Shown here piece by piece: positions 1 to 8,176 of a stretch of DNA of 64,000 bases. The translations under genes were made by a program, and so were the position numbers. The notes under the pieces were generated by a model, which worked only from the letters and a program-made list of their open reading frames with translations, searched no databases and was not told where the DNA came from. Source of the stretch: Pseudomonadota bacterium (lineage in GTDB: Bacteria > Pseudomonadota > Alphaproteobacteria > Rhizobiales > Pleomorphomonadaceae). Location: positions 2,322 to 66,321 of the forward strand of contig JAGSYV010000037.1 of assembly GCA_018262505.1 (NCBI GenBank), in the 5' to 3' direction. Every line of letters begins with the position of its first letter. Position 1 is the stretch's first letter.

Positions 1-7
1 CGAGCTG

Positions 8-730
8 GTGGCGGCGCTGGTCATCCTGCAGCAGGAGCATATCTCTCGCGCGCTTCTGAAAAGCTCCTGGGCCGGCGCGCTGGGCCAACCGCAGTTCATG
101 CCGACCAAGTTCCTCACCGACGCCGTCGATGGCGACGGTGACGGCCGCCGCGACATCTGGAACTCGACGCCCGACGTGCTCGCCTCGATCGGCCATTTCC
201 TGAAATCGCGCGGCTGGAAGGCCGGCGTGCCCTGGGGCGTCGAGGTGAAACTGCCGGCCTCGGTGGCTTGCAGTCTTGAGGGGCCGGATCAGGGGCAATC
301 GCTGTCGATCTGGACCAAGGCCGGGGTGACACGCATCGATGGCCGGCCGATCTCCACGGCCGATGTCGGGCCAGTAGGGCACCTGTTGATGCCGGCCGGG
401 CGGATGGGGCCAGCCTTCCTGGTGTCGGACAATTTCTATGTGCTGAAGGCCTATAACGAGTCCGACGTCTACGCACTGACCATCGGCATGGTCGGCGATC
501 GGCTCGAAAAGGCACAGACGATCCGGGGCGGTTGGAGCAAGGTGGGCGGCTTCACGCGCAGCGATGTGCGAGCGGTGCAGCGCCGGCTTGAAGGCATGGG
601 CCACGACGTCGGCACCACCGACGGCCTCGTCGGCTTCCGCACCCGCGTCGCCATCGGCCGTTGGCAGGCGAAGAACGGTCTTCCGGTGACATGCTATCCC
701 GACAAGGCGGTGATCTCGGCCCTGAAATGA
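8..730 (+). CDS. Lytic murein transglycosylase (MltB/SLT_2 family) with C-terminal peptidoglycan-binding domain; 5' part lies before the window
   Basis: Motifs SWAGALGQPQFMP, DGDGDGRRDIWNS and YNESDVYA; C-terminal DGLVGFRTRVAIGRWQ matches PG_binding_1. Confidence 0.9.
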   Translation: MAALVILQQEHISRALLKSSWAGALGQPQFMPTKFLTDAVDGDGDGRRDIWNSTPDVLASIGHFLKSRGWKAGVPWGVEVKLPASVACSLEGPDQGQSLSIWTKAGVTRIDGRPISTADVGPVGHLLMPAGRMGPAFLVSDNFYVLKAYNESDVYALTIGMVGDRLEKAQTIRGGWSKVGGFTRSDVRAVQRRLEGMGHDVGTTDGLVGFRTRVAIGRWQAKNGLPVTCYPDKAVISALK

Positions 731-735
731 CATGA

Positions 736-759
736 AAAGGGAGCGCCGAAGCGCTCCCC
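736..759. terminator. Hairpin between convergent transglycosylase and hsp20 genes
   Basis: AAAAGGGAGCGCCGAAGCGCTCCC stem-loop. Confidence 0.6.
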
Positions 760-792
760 ATCGTGATCGTTGCTGGTCCTGTCGTTGGGATA

Positions 793-1200
793 TCAGGCAG
801 CCGGGTGAATCTCGATGCGCTTGGTCGCCTTCGGCTGATCCGGCGAACGCGGTACCGTCACCTTCAACACGCCCTTGTCGAAGTCGGCCGTGATCTTGTC
901 GCGGTCCGGTGTGAACGGCAGGGTGAAGGAGCGCATGTAGGTGCCGATCGACCGTTCGGTCAGGTGATAGTGACGCTTGTCGTCCTTCTCCTCGTGGTCG
1001 GACTTGCGTTCGGCTTTGAGGGTGAGAACGTCGTCATCCAGCTCCAGCTCGATCGCCTTCGGGTCGATGCCCGGCAGCTCGGCGGTCATCTCGAGGCCGG
1101 TTTCGGTCTCGGCGTCTCGGCGCAGCGGCATAAACATATCCTCGTACGAGCGAGAGGGAGCCGATCCGCGCCCGAAAGGCATCAGGGTTTTCTTGTCCAT
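793..1200 (-). CDS. Hsp20/alpha-crystallin small heat-shock protein, apparently with an internal in-frame deletion
   Basis: AELPGID, LTLKAERK, ERSIGTYMRSFTLP and ADFDKGVLKVTVP motifs; LRRD is joined directly to AETETG, so the usual linker and PxxDV beta2 strand are missing. Confidence 0.85.
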   Translation of the reverse strand: MDKKTLMPFGRGSAPSRSYEDMFMPLRRDAETETGLEMTAELPGIDPKAIELELDDDVLTLKAERKSDHEEKDDKRHYHLTERSIGTYMRSFTLPFTPDRDKITADFDKGVLKVTVPRSPDQPKATKRIEIHPAA

Positions 1201-1297
1201 GGCTAACTCCTCGTGTCTCGCGGAGTGCCCCCAGGGACGAATGTCTCACGAACGCCTCATCGACGTCCGCTTGGGGACCCCGTAACGTAGCTCCCCT

Positions 1298-1326
1298 TAT
1301 ATGGGGGTGGAAGTTGCCTGTTGAAG
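1298..1326 (-). promoter_or_regulatory. Putative RpoH (sigma32) promoter of hsp20
   Basis: Minus strand CTTCAA-N15-CCCATATA resembles the CTTGAA...CCCAT heat-shock consensus. Confidence 0.5.
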
Positions 1327-1394
1327 GGCTTGAAATGCGACTGAGGCGGGCATTTCTGCCCGCCTCAGCAAAAATAGGACTCTGTTATTCAACA

Positions 1395-2660
1395 CTATTC
1401 GGCAATGGCCGGTAGGGCGCCGCCCTGGTGGTGCGGCTGGAACAACCGGCCGCGCTCGGTCCAGGTGACGATCAGCAAAGTCACGGCGGAGAGGCCGACG
1501 AAGCCGGCCGACAGCGGCGCCACCGTGCCGTCGAAAGACTGGCCGATCAGCGCGCCGCCGACCGTGCCTACAATTGTGGTGAAGGCACCGATCAGCGACG
1601 AGGCGGTGCCGGCCACCTCGCCGAGCGGGTCGAGGGCCAGCGCGTTGTAGTTGGAAATGGCGATGAAGAAGAAGAACTGCATCGCCACCATCAGCGCGAT
1701 GAACATCCAGAGCGGCGGTAGCCCGTCCCAGAGATGGGCCGCGATGAAGAAGGCGGCCGTCAGCGCCACGTGGATCAGATGGCTGCCATGCGACAGGCGG
1801 TGCATGCCCCAGGTGCGCACCAGGCGGCTGTTGATGAAGGCGGCAATGCCACCGGTAATCGCCACCGAGGCAAAGGCCGCCGGGAACAGCACGCCGAGAC
1901 GATAGCCGTCGGAGCCGAGGATCTGCTCGGCCGAGCCGATGAAGCCCATCAGCATGGCGAACAACAAGCCGATGGCCAGCGAATAGCCAACCGCCGCGCG
2001 ATTGGTGAAGCAGATGCGCGCGGCATCGAGGATCGACCGCACCGACAGGGCGCGGCGGAACTCCGGATGCAGCGTCTCTGGCATGCGGATGTAGAACCAC
2101 AGGCCGACGGCGACCGACAGGGCGGCCATGGTGGCGAAGATCGTCCGCCAGCCGGAGAGTGCCAATAGCAGCGTGCCGAAGGTGGGCGCCAGCACCGGCA
2201 CGATCATGAACACCATCATGGTGAAGCTCATGACGCGGGCCATCTCGCGACCTTCGTAGCGGTCGCGGATGATGGAGATGGCGATGACGCGGGCGGCGGC
2301 GGCGCCAATGCCCTGCAGCACGCGGGCGATCAACAGATGGTCGAAGCTAGTGGCCACGGCCGAGACGATGGCGCCGGCGATCAGGATGATCAGACCGGCG
2401 ATCACCAAGGGGCGGCGTCCCCAGACGTCGGACAGCGGCCCGTAAATGACCTGGGCGATGCCGAAGCCGATCATGTAGGCGTAGACGACGAGCTGCAGCT
2501 CGTTGGCATCCGCGAGCCCGAAGCTCGTGCCGATGGCCGGCAGTGCCGGCAGCATGGTGTCGATGGCAAGCGCCGTCAGGCCCATCAGGGCGGCGATGAG
2601 AGCGACGGTCTCGGCAAAGCCGGGACCATGGCGAACCGGCAAGCCGGTCGTGGTGGTCAT
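1395..2660 (-). CDS. Bcr/CflA family multidrug efflux MFS transporter
   Basis: About 12 hydrophobic segments; LAIDTMLPALP, YGPLSDVWGRRP and RMPETL motifs; start placed at MTTTTG. Confidence 0.9.
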   Translation of the reverse strand: MTTTTGLPVRHGPGFAETVALIAALMGLTALAIDTMLPALPAIGTSFGLADANELQLVVYAYMIGFGIAQVIYGPLSDVWGRRPLVIAGLIILIAGAIVSAVATSFDHLLIARVLQGIGAAAARVIAISIIRDRYEGREMARVMSFTMMVFMIVPVLAPTFGTLLLALSGWRTIFATMAALSVAVGLWFYIRMPETLHPEFRRALSVRSILDAARICFTNRAAVGYSLAIGLLFAMLMGFIGSAEQILGSDGYRLGVLFPAAFASVAITGGIAAFINSRLVRTWGMHRLSHGSHLIHVALTAAFFIAAHLWDGLPPLWMFIALMVAMQFFFFIAISNYNALALDPLGEVAGTASSLIGAFTTIVGTVGGALIGQSFDGTVAPLSAGFVGLSAVTLLIVTWTERGRLFQPHHQGGALPAIAE

Positions 2661-2923
2661 GATGAAACCTAAAATGCTGGAAGCAGGGCCCGGAGAATGC
2701 CGGGACACGCAAACAAAACGCTGCGGCCTGCCTGGAGGTGTCTTGTAGCGTTTCAGAGACGTTTTTTCCAGCCCGACCAACCAAAGTCAGCAAAATGTGA
2801 TCGGGAAATTGCGTAGGGCGAAGGGAGCGACCGGGTTCAACGACGTTTATTGGATCCGACTCGACACTTGCGCTGAGATAGGAAGACCCGCATCTTACGG
2901 AAGATGTGGAGAAGGAGGCGGTC

Positions 2924-3175
2924 ATGCCCAAAACGGCTTCGGCATCCGAGGTACAGAAGAACTTCGGCGCCTATCACGATCGTGCCCTGAGTGAACCAGT
3001 CAGGGTCACTAAATACGGTCGGGAGACAGTGTTTATCGTCTCGGCCCAAACCTATCACGAGATGAAACGCGCACAGCGCGAGGCTCTTGCTTCGGTCGAC
3101 CTCACCGATGCCGAATTGGCGTTGATTGAAGCGGCGGAGATTCCTGCCGAGCATCGTTATACACAAGACGAATGA
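2924..3175 (+). CDS. Phd/YefM family type II antitoxin
   Basis: SASEVQKNFGAYHDRALSEPVRVTKYGRETVFIVS is a typical Phd N-terminus; GGAGG RBS upstream. Confidence 0.85.
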   Translation: MPKTASASEVQKNFGAYHDRALSEPVRVTKYGRETVFIVSAQTYHEMKRAQREALASVDLTDAELALIEAAEIPAEHRYTQDE

Positions 3176-3178
3176 GCC

Positions 3179-3610
3179 ATGGCCCTTCCAGAACCAGTGC
3201 CGGGCCTCGTCATATCCTATTCCTATTTGTGGCATGACCAGCATCTTGCCGGAGCGGAGGAGCGGCGCAAGGCGCGACCCTGCGCAATTGTGGTTGCCAC
3301 GAAGGATGAGGACGGCGACTGCAAAGTCTACGTCGCTCCGATCACCCATTTTCAACCGGACGATCCATTCGCCGTCGAACTGCCGCTTGCGATCAAACGA
3401 CGGCTCGGGCTGGATGATGCGCTGTCCTGGATTGTAACCAGCGAACTCAATCGCTTTGTTTGGCCGGGTTATGACTTGAGGCCTGTTGCGCGGGACAAGC
3501 CGGATGTCTTCGCTTGGGGCTTCTTGCCGGTCGGGATATTTTCCGCATTGAAACAGGGGATCGCCGCCCATCAACGAGAGCGGCGATTGCGCCTCACTTC
3601 AAGAGAATAG
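3179..3610 (+). CDS. PemK/MazF-like toxin (growth inhibitor) of the TA pair
   Basis: GLVISYSYLW, RKARPCAIVV, VYVAPITH and SWIVTSELN resemble the PemK fold; starts 3 bp after the antitoxin. Confidence 0.7.
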   Translation: MALPEPVPGLVISYSYLWHDQHLAGAEERRKARPCAIVVATKDEDGDCKVYVAPITHFQPDDPFAVELPLAIKRRLGLDDALSWIVTSELNRFVWPGYDLRPVARDKPDVFAWGFLPVGIFSALKQGIAAHQRERRLRLTSRE

Positions 3611-3662
3611 TTCTTCTCGTTGACCTGCATGTCGGTTGCTAAGCCGGAGCTGCGGCCCGGTC

Positions 3663-4781
3663 TCAGTCGTCCGAGTAAGGCCCCGGAACCGAGCCCGTAA
3701 TGTCGGATGCCGAGTAGCCCTGGGCGGGCTGGGCGCCGACGCTCCAGCCGATGTTGCCGGCGCCGGTCGGCGGCGGCACGTAAGTGCCCTGTCCCACCGG
3801 GGTGCAGATGTAGCCGGCCGGGCAGCCGGGTGGCTGGGCGGCGGGCACATCGGCATAGGTGGGCTGGGGCGCCGGATAGGCTTGCTGTGGCGGCTGATAG
3901 GTTGGCTGCGCCTGATAGACCGGCTCGGTCCCATTGCCGATGGGGGCGGGCGGCAGCGGCGCGTCGAAGGACGGGTTGCCGTTGGCATAGACCGGCGCGG
4001 CGGGCGCCGGCTGGGCGGCCGGCCACACCGGATTGGCCGGCAGGTTGCTGGCCATCGGCATGTTCGGATCGGGCGTGAACATTGGCGCTTCCCGCGGCGG
4101 CACTTGCGGGTAGGGCTTGCAGTAGCGGTAGGTGCCGGCGTTGTTGTGGCGGGCGAGGTCGAGGTGCAGGTGGTTGTCGTGGGCGCGATCGGCGCCGGGG
4201 CCGAGCACGGTGGCAAAAGTGCCGCAGGCGCCATGCGCCACTTCGCGCAGGAAGGCGCGATCGGTGGCGTTGCCGTACCAGCCGGCCTTCACCGTGACGG
4301 TATAGCCATTGGACAGCACGATGCCGGCGAAATCGAAGGCATTGGCGAAGGCATGCTCGGAGAGACGAGCGCCAGAGATATTGTTGCGCGACCGGCAGTT
4401 ATAGGTGCCGAAATTTTTGATCTCGACCACCGGCAGGCCATAGCGGGCGAGCGCCGCCGGCATGACGACCTGGGCGACCCAGCGCTCCAGCGCCGCCGTC
4501 ATCGGACAGGAGAGCACCAGCGAACGCGATCCCAGGCTGACGGTGCCGTCTTCCAGTGCCTTGACCTTCAGCGGCCGGTCGATGCCGCAGATGCCCTTGC
4601 CTTCGATGGCATTGGCCGGTTGGATCAGCGGCGACAGCTTGACGAGGTTGCGAGCGTAGCAGGCGGCTTCCGCCTGGGCACGCCAGGGCTCGCGCTCCTC
4701 CGACTCGAAGAAGCCGCAGCCCGCCAGCGCGGCGGACAGCACGAGAGAGATCAGACCGGACGCGATACGAGAGGGTCTCAT
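3663..4781 (-). CDS. Extensin-family lipoprotein (LAS/M15-like Zn peptidase motif) with Pro/Gln-rich tail
   Basis: Lipobox LAGC; GTYNCR, SEHAFANAFD and HDNHLHLD motifs. Confidence 0.85.
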   Translation of the reverse strand: MRPSRIASGLISLVLSAALAGCGFFESEEREPWRAQAEAACYARNLVKLSPLIQPANAIEGKGICGIDRPLKVKALEDGTVSLGSRSLVLSCPMTAALERWVAQVVMPAALARYGLPVVEIKNFGTYNCRSRNNISGARLSEHAFANAFDFAGIVLSNGYTVTVKAGWYGNATDRAFLREVAHGACGTFATVLGPGADRAHDNHLHLDLARHNNAGTYRYCKPYPQVPPREAPMFTPDPNMPMASNLPANPVWPAAQPAPAAPVYANGNPSFDAPLPPAPIGNGTEPVYQAQPTYQPPQQAYPAPQPTYADVPAAQPPGCPAGYICTPVGQGTYVPPPTGAGNIGWSVGAQPAQGYSASDITGSVPGPYSDD

Positions 4782-4804
4782 ACGCTCAGATTAAAGCTGA
4801 GGCC

Positions 4805-4819
4805 TTAAGGCTCGGTTTA
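4805..4819. promoter_or_regulatory. CtrA-like box upstream of the extensin gene
   Basis: TTAA-GGCTCGG-TTTA (TTAA-N7-TTAA with one mismatch); extra TTAA half-sites at 4791 and 4822. Confidence 0.45.
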
Positions 4820-4861
4820 CGTTAACCGGGCGGCATCCTGGGACGAATACCGGGCGATCCG

Positions 4862-5308
4862 TCAGGGCGTGGGGCTGAGAACGCGCGGCCAGGCTGGCTC
4901 AACCTTGTCGCCGCTGGCCTTGGCGGCCTCAAGGGTCCGAGCCGATCCGACGAGCGCTTCGCGCGCTTCGGTCCCGAGTCTCTCCATCAGTCGTCCAGCC
5001 GCTTCGACCCCCAGCCATTGCACCGCCTTCGCCCGCAGGGCCTGCTCCTCACCGGAACAACGGGCGAGTGCTTGATCGGCTATCGCCATCGCATCGGTGG
5101 CTTGCTCAGCCTGAACCGCGCGGCCGATTTCGTTGACGGTGCAGATCGTCCAGGCCCGCCGGGGGATGTTCAGTTCGGTGGCGATCCGCTGGATGCGGGA
5201 GGAATCGGCTGCATGGCTTGGCAATGGTATCCAGAAAATGGCTACCGCCAGAAGGCTGCCGACGAGCTTCGATCGACCGATGCGGTTGGTGGAATTTGGC
5301 GTTGTCAT
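4862..5308 (-). CDS. Hypothetical exported protein
   Basis: Signal-peptide-like N-terminus (LLAVAIFWIPLPSHA) and a helical body with two Cys. Confidence 0.6.
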   Translation of the reverse strand: MTTPNSTNRIGRSKLVGSLLAVAIFWIPLPSHAADSSRIQRIATELNIPRRAWTICTVNEIGRAVQAEQATDAMAIADQALARCSGEEQALRAKAVQWLGVEAAGRLMERLGTEAREALVGSARTLEAAKASGDKVEPAWPRVLSPTP

Positions 5309-5365
5309 TACCGGCCGGGGGCTCTGGTCAGAAAGGGCGGCGGAAAACCCGCCGCCCTTACCATG

Positions 5366-6256
5366 CTACATGTTCATGCCGGCGACCAGCAGGTCGACGT
5401 TGTGCTTGAACATGGTGAGATAGTTCGGCGCCGGCCCGTCCTTGGGTGACAGCGCCTCGACGAACAGCTCGCCGCCCGGCTGGGCGCCCGTGGCGTCGGC
5501 GATCTGGCGAACGAGGCGCGGGTCGTTGGAGTTTTCGAAGAAGTAGACCTTCACATGCTCCTTGTTGATCTGGTTGATCAGCTTGGCGACGTCGCCGGCC
5601 GAAGCCTCCGTCTCGGTCGAGAAGCCGACCGGCGACAGGAATTCGACGCCGTATTCGCGGCCGAAATAGCCGAGCGCGTCGTGGCTGGTCAGCACCTTGC
5701 GCCGGTCCTTGGGAATGGCGGAGATGGCTTTCTTGGTGTAGGCGTCGAGGTCGGCGACCTCTTTGGCGTAGCGTTCGGCGTTGGCGCGGAAGGTGGCACT
5801 GTCCTCCGGGTCGGCCTTGGCGAGGGCCTTCTCGATGTTGCCGATCCAGATGCCGACGTTGGCGGCCGAGTTCCAGACGTGCGGATCGGTGATGGTCTTG
5901 CCGTCGTCTTCCATCGTGTGTGTCGATATCCCCTCGGAGGCGACGACCGGCTTGCCCTTGTAGCCTGACGCCTCGACAAGGCGGCCAATCCAGCCCTCGA
6001 ACCCGAGGCCGCTGACGAAGACGAGATCGGCGCCCGAGATGTTCCTGGCGTCCGTCGGCGTCGGCTCGAACACGTGCGGATCGCCGCCGGTCGGAACCAG
6101 GCTGGCGACATCAACCTTGTCGCCGCCGACATTCTTCACCACGTCGGCGAGGACGCCGAAGCTTGCCACGACGTTGAGCGTCTTGGCGTCGGCGAGGTTA
6201 GCCGCGCCGAGGAGAGCCGACGCGGCAAGGAAGCCGCCGAAAATCTGTTTGATCAT
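5366..6256 (-). CDS. Zn/Mn ABC transporter substrate-binding protein (ZnuA/AztC-like)
   Basis: Signal peptide; GGDPHVFEPTP, DPHVWNS, TSHDALGY and LFVEALS motifs. Confidence 0.92.
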   Translation of the reverse strand: MIKQIFGGFLAASALLGAANLADAKTLNVVASFGVLADVVKNVGGDKVDVASLVPTGGDPHVFEPTPTDARNISGADLVFVSGLGFEGWIGRLVEASGYKGKPVVASEGISTHTMEDDGKTITDPHVWNSAANVGIWIGNIEKALAKADPEDSATFRANAERYAKEVADLDAYTKKAISAIPKDRRKVLTSHDALGYFGREYGVEFLSPVGFSTETEASAGDVAKLINQINKEHVKVYFFENSNDPRLVRQIADATGAQPGGELFVEALSPKDGPAPNYLTMFKHNVDLLVAGMNM

Positions 6257-6274
6257 GCAATGGTCCTTCTGGGT

Positions 6275-6426
6275 TCAACCCGCGATGTGCGGGTGGCGAG
6301 AGAGCCGGCTCCGGGCGCCGGTGGGACCGACGATCAGCGAGCCGACGGAGAAGAGGGCGGCCATAACAAAGACGGTCGCCCCCGAGGCAAAGCCGATGTC
6401 CAGCTCGGCCGTGCCGATCTGGGCAC
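6275..6426 (-). pseudogene. 3' remnant of a metal ABC permease (ZnuB/AztB-like)
   Basis: Encodes GFASGATVFVMAALFSVGSLIVGP..HIAG*, like the last TM helix of ABC-3 permeases, directly upstream of the binding-protein gene; no N-terminal part. Confidence 0.65.
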
Positions 6427-6595
6427 CTAGTGGAGCGAATTTGACATTTGAGTCCCGCCTGACATAAGGCTTTAGCTCAAATGTAAAATTCAAAAATTTC
6501 ACTAGAACCAATAACTTGCTGGTTATTCTCTTGACTCCGACACTTGCTCCGAGGTTGGTATCGGGCGGATGCAAATGTCGAAGTCGAACCACTCG
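6427..6595. mobile_element. 169-bp MITE-like element with imperfect terminal inverted repeats
   Basis: Left end CTAGTGGAGCGAATTTGACATTTG versus reverse complement of right end CGAGTGGTTCGACTTCGACATTTG (19/24 identical); AT-rich non-coding interior. Confidence 0.7.
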
Positions 6596-6614
6596 GTGGG
6601 CATTGATGAGACCT

Positions 6615-6905
6615 TCATTTTGGGGCGGAGCAGCCCGTGGCTTCGATCGCCGCCCGGACGTCGTCCGCCAACACCTCGGCCATGGGCTTGGCGAAGCGGA
6701 GAACGCGCAGGTCGGCGACGGTGACGTCGATCATCGCCAGTGTTTCGGCGCCGCCGCAGGCGCTATGCCGGCAGTCGATTTCCGTGACGGCGATCGTCAC
6801 TTCGTCGCCGAAGCCGGCGAATTGCCGGACCCAGCCCTTGAGGAGCGTGCCCCTGTCGGAGACCCCGCCGGGACGGCGGGGTGCGAACGGGTTGTGGAAG
6901 CTCAA
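6615..6905 (-). CDS. Small conserved-looking hypothetical protein with CxxxxC motif, coupled to the COG0523 GTPase
   Basis: VTEIDCRHSACGGAET..FAKPMAEV; ATGA overlap with the upstream stop codon. Confidence 0.7.
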   Translation of the reverse strand: MSFHNPFAPRRPGGVSDRGTLLKGWVRQFAGFGDEVTIAVTEIDCRHSACGGAETLAMIDVTVADLRVLRFAKPMAEVLADDVRAAIEATGCSAPK

Positions 6906-7876
6906 TGGGCGCCGACCTTGACGACGGCTTTCTCGAAACCGTCGCGCAGCACGTCCTTCGGCAGGTTGCGTCCGATGAAGACCAGCCGCGACTGGCGCGC
7001 CTCGCCGCGTTTCCAGGCTCTACCGTGGTCGCCCTCGATCAGCATGTGGATGCTCTGGATGACGTAGCGGTCGGGGTCGTCGGCGAAGGCGAGGATGCCC
7101 TTCATGCGCAGTATGTCGCCGCCGAGCTTCTGGACGATGTCGCTGATCCAGGGGAGGAACAGCGCCGGATCGAGCGGTTCACGGGCCACGAGCGACAGGC
7201 TGGAGATCTCCGTGTCGTGATCGTGGTCGTGGCTGCCGTCGAGAAATTCGGGTTCGACCTCGAGAACACGGTCGAGGCTGAAGGCGTCGCGGCCGAGAAT
7301 GCGATTAAGGGCGATATCGCAGCGGCGGCAATCGAGGATCTCGGCCGTCGGGTTGATGGCGCGCAACCGCCGCTTGAGGGATTCAAGCTCGGTGGGCGAC
7401 ACCAGATCGGTCTTGTTGATCAGCAGGATATCGGCGAAGGCGGCCTGTTCGTTGACCTCCGGCGCCTTGTCCTGTTCGCCGAGGAAGTGGCGGGCGTCGA
7501 CAACGGTGACGACGGCGTCGAGCCGGGTCTGCTGGCGCACATCGGGGTCGACGAAGAAGGTCTGGGCGACGGGTGCCGGATCGGCGAGGCCGGTGGTCTC
7601 GATCAGGATGCCGTCGAAGGTTCCCTTGCGCTTCATCAGGCCGTCGATGATGCGGATCAGGTCGCCGCGCACGGTGCAACAGATGCAGCCGTTGTTCATC
7701 TCGAAGATTTCTTCGTCGGCGTCGATCACCAGGTCGTTGTCGATGCCGATCTCGCCGAACTCGTTGACGATCACCGCGTAGCGTTTGCCGTGTTGCTCGC
7801 TGAGAATGCGATTGAGCAGCGTGGTCTTGCCGGCGCCCAGGAAACCGGTGAGCACCGTGACGGGAATGGCAGCCAT
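6902..7876 (-). CDS. COG0523/CobW family metal-chaperone GTPase
   Basis: [31 protein letters not shown] and NKTD motifs, short His stretch, CobW_C domain. Confidence 0.93.
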   Translation of the reverse strand: MAAIPVTVLTGFLGAGKTTLLNRILSEQHGKRYAVIVNEFGEIGIDNDLVIDADEEIFEMNNGCICCTVRGDLIRIIDGLMKRKGTFDGILIETTGLADPAPVAQTFFVDPDVRQQTRLDAVVTVVDARHFLGEQDKAPEVNEQAAFADILLINKTDLVSPTELESLKRRLRAINPTAEILDCRRCDIALNRILGRDAFSLDRVLEVEPEFLDGSHDHDHDTEISSLSLVAREPLDPALFLPWISDIVQKLGGDILRMKGILAFADDPDRYVIQSIHMLIEGDHGRAWKRGEARQSRLVFIGRNLPKDVLRDGFEKAVVKVGAH

Positions 7877-8092
7877 TCCTTGCCTCATATGTTTGTTGAG
7901 TGGATCGCGGAGAAAGACGGCTAGCCCGGTGGCGGCCGGCAATCGTTACAGAAGCTGTGGCTTTGCGACGTGCGGCTGTCGGTTGGCCTGCGTGTCGCGT
8001 CGAGGCGGTCAAGCGCCAGGTTTGCCGTCTGTGCTCTCGTGAGCTGCATCGGTGTCGCCTCTTGCCCCCACAGGCATCAGCGGGTGTACGCT

Positions 8093-8109
8093 ATGTTATA
8101 ACATAACGT
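8093..8109. promoter_or_regulatory. Zur box
   Basis: ATGTTAT-AAC-ATAACGT near-palindrome upstream of the GTPase/ABC operon; the identical 17-mer recurs at 9409. Confidence 0.75.
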
Positions 8110-8176
8110 ATTGCAAGCGGGCTTCCGGCTGTGAGGCGTATTTTTGCTCGATCACGAAGCCAGCGCAGCGACTGCG

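Noticed and set aside
7877-8092. Cobalamin riboswitch upstream of the CobW-like GTPase
   Set aside because: No B12-box or other conserved riboswitch elements seen; Zur boxes explain the regulation
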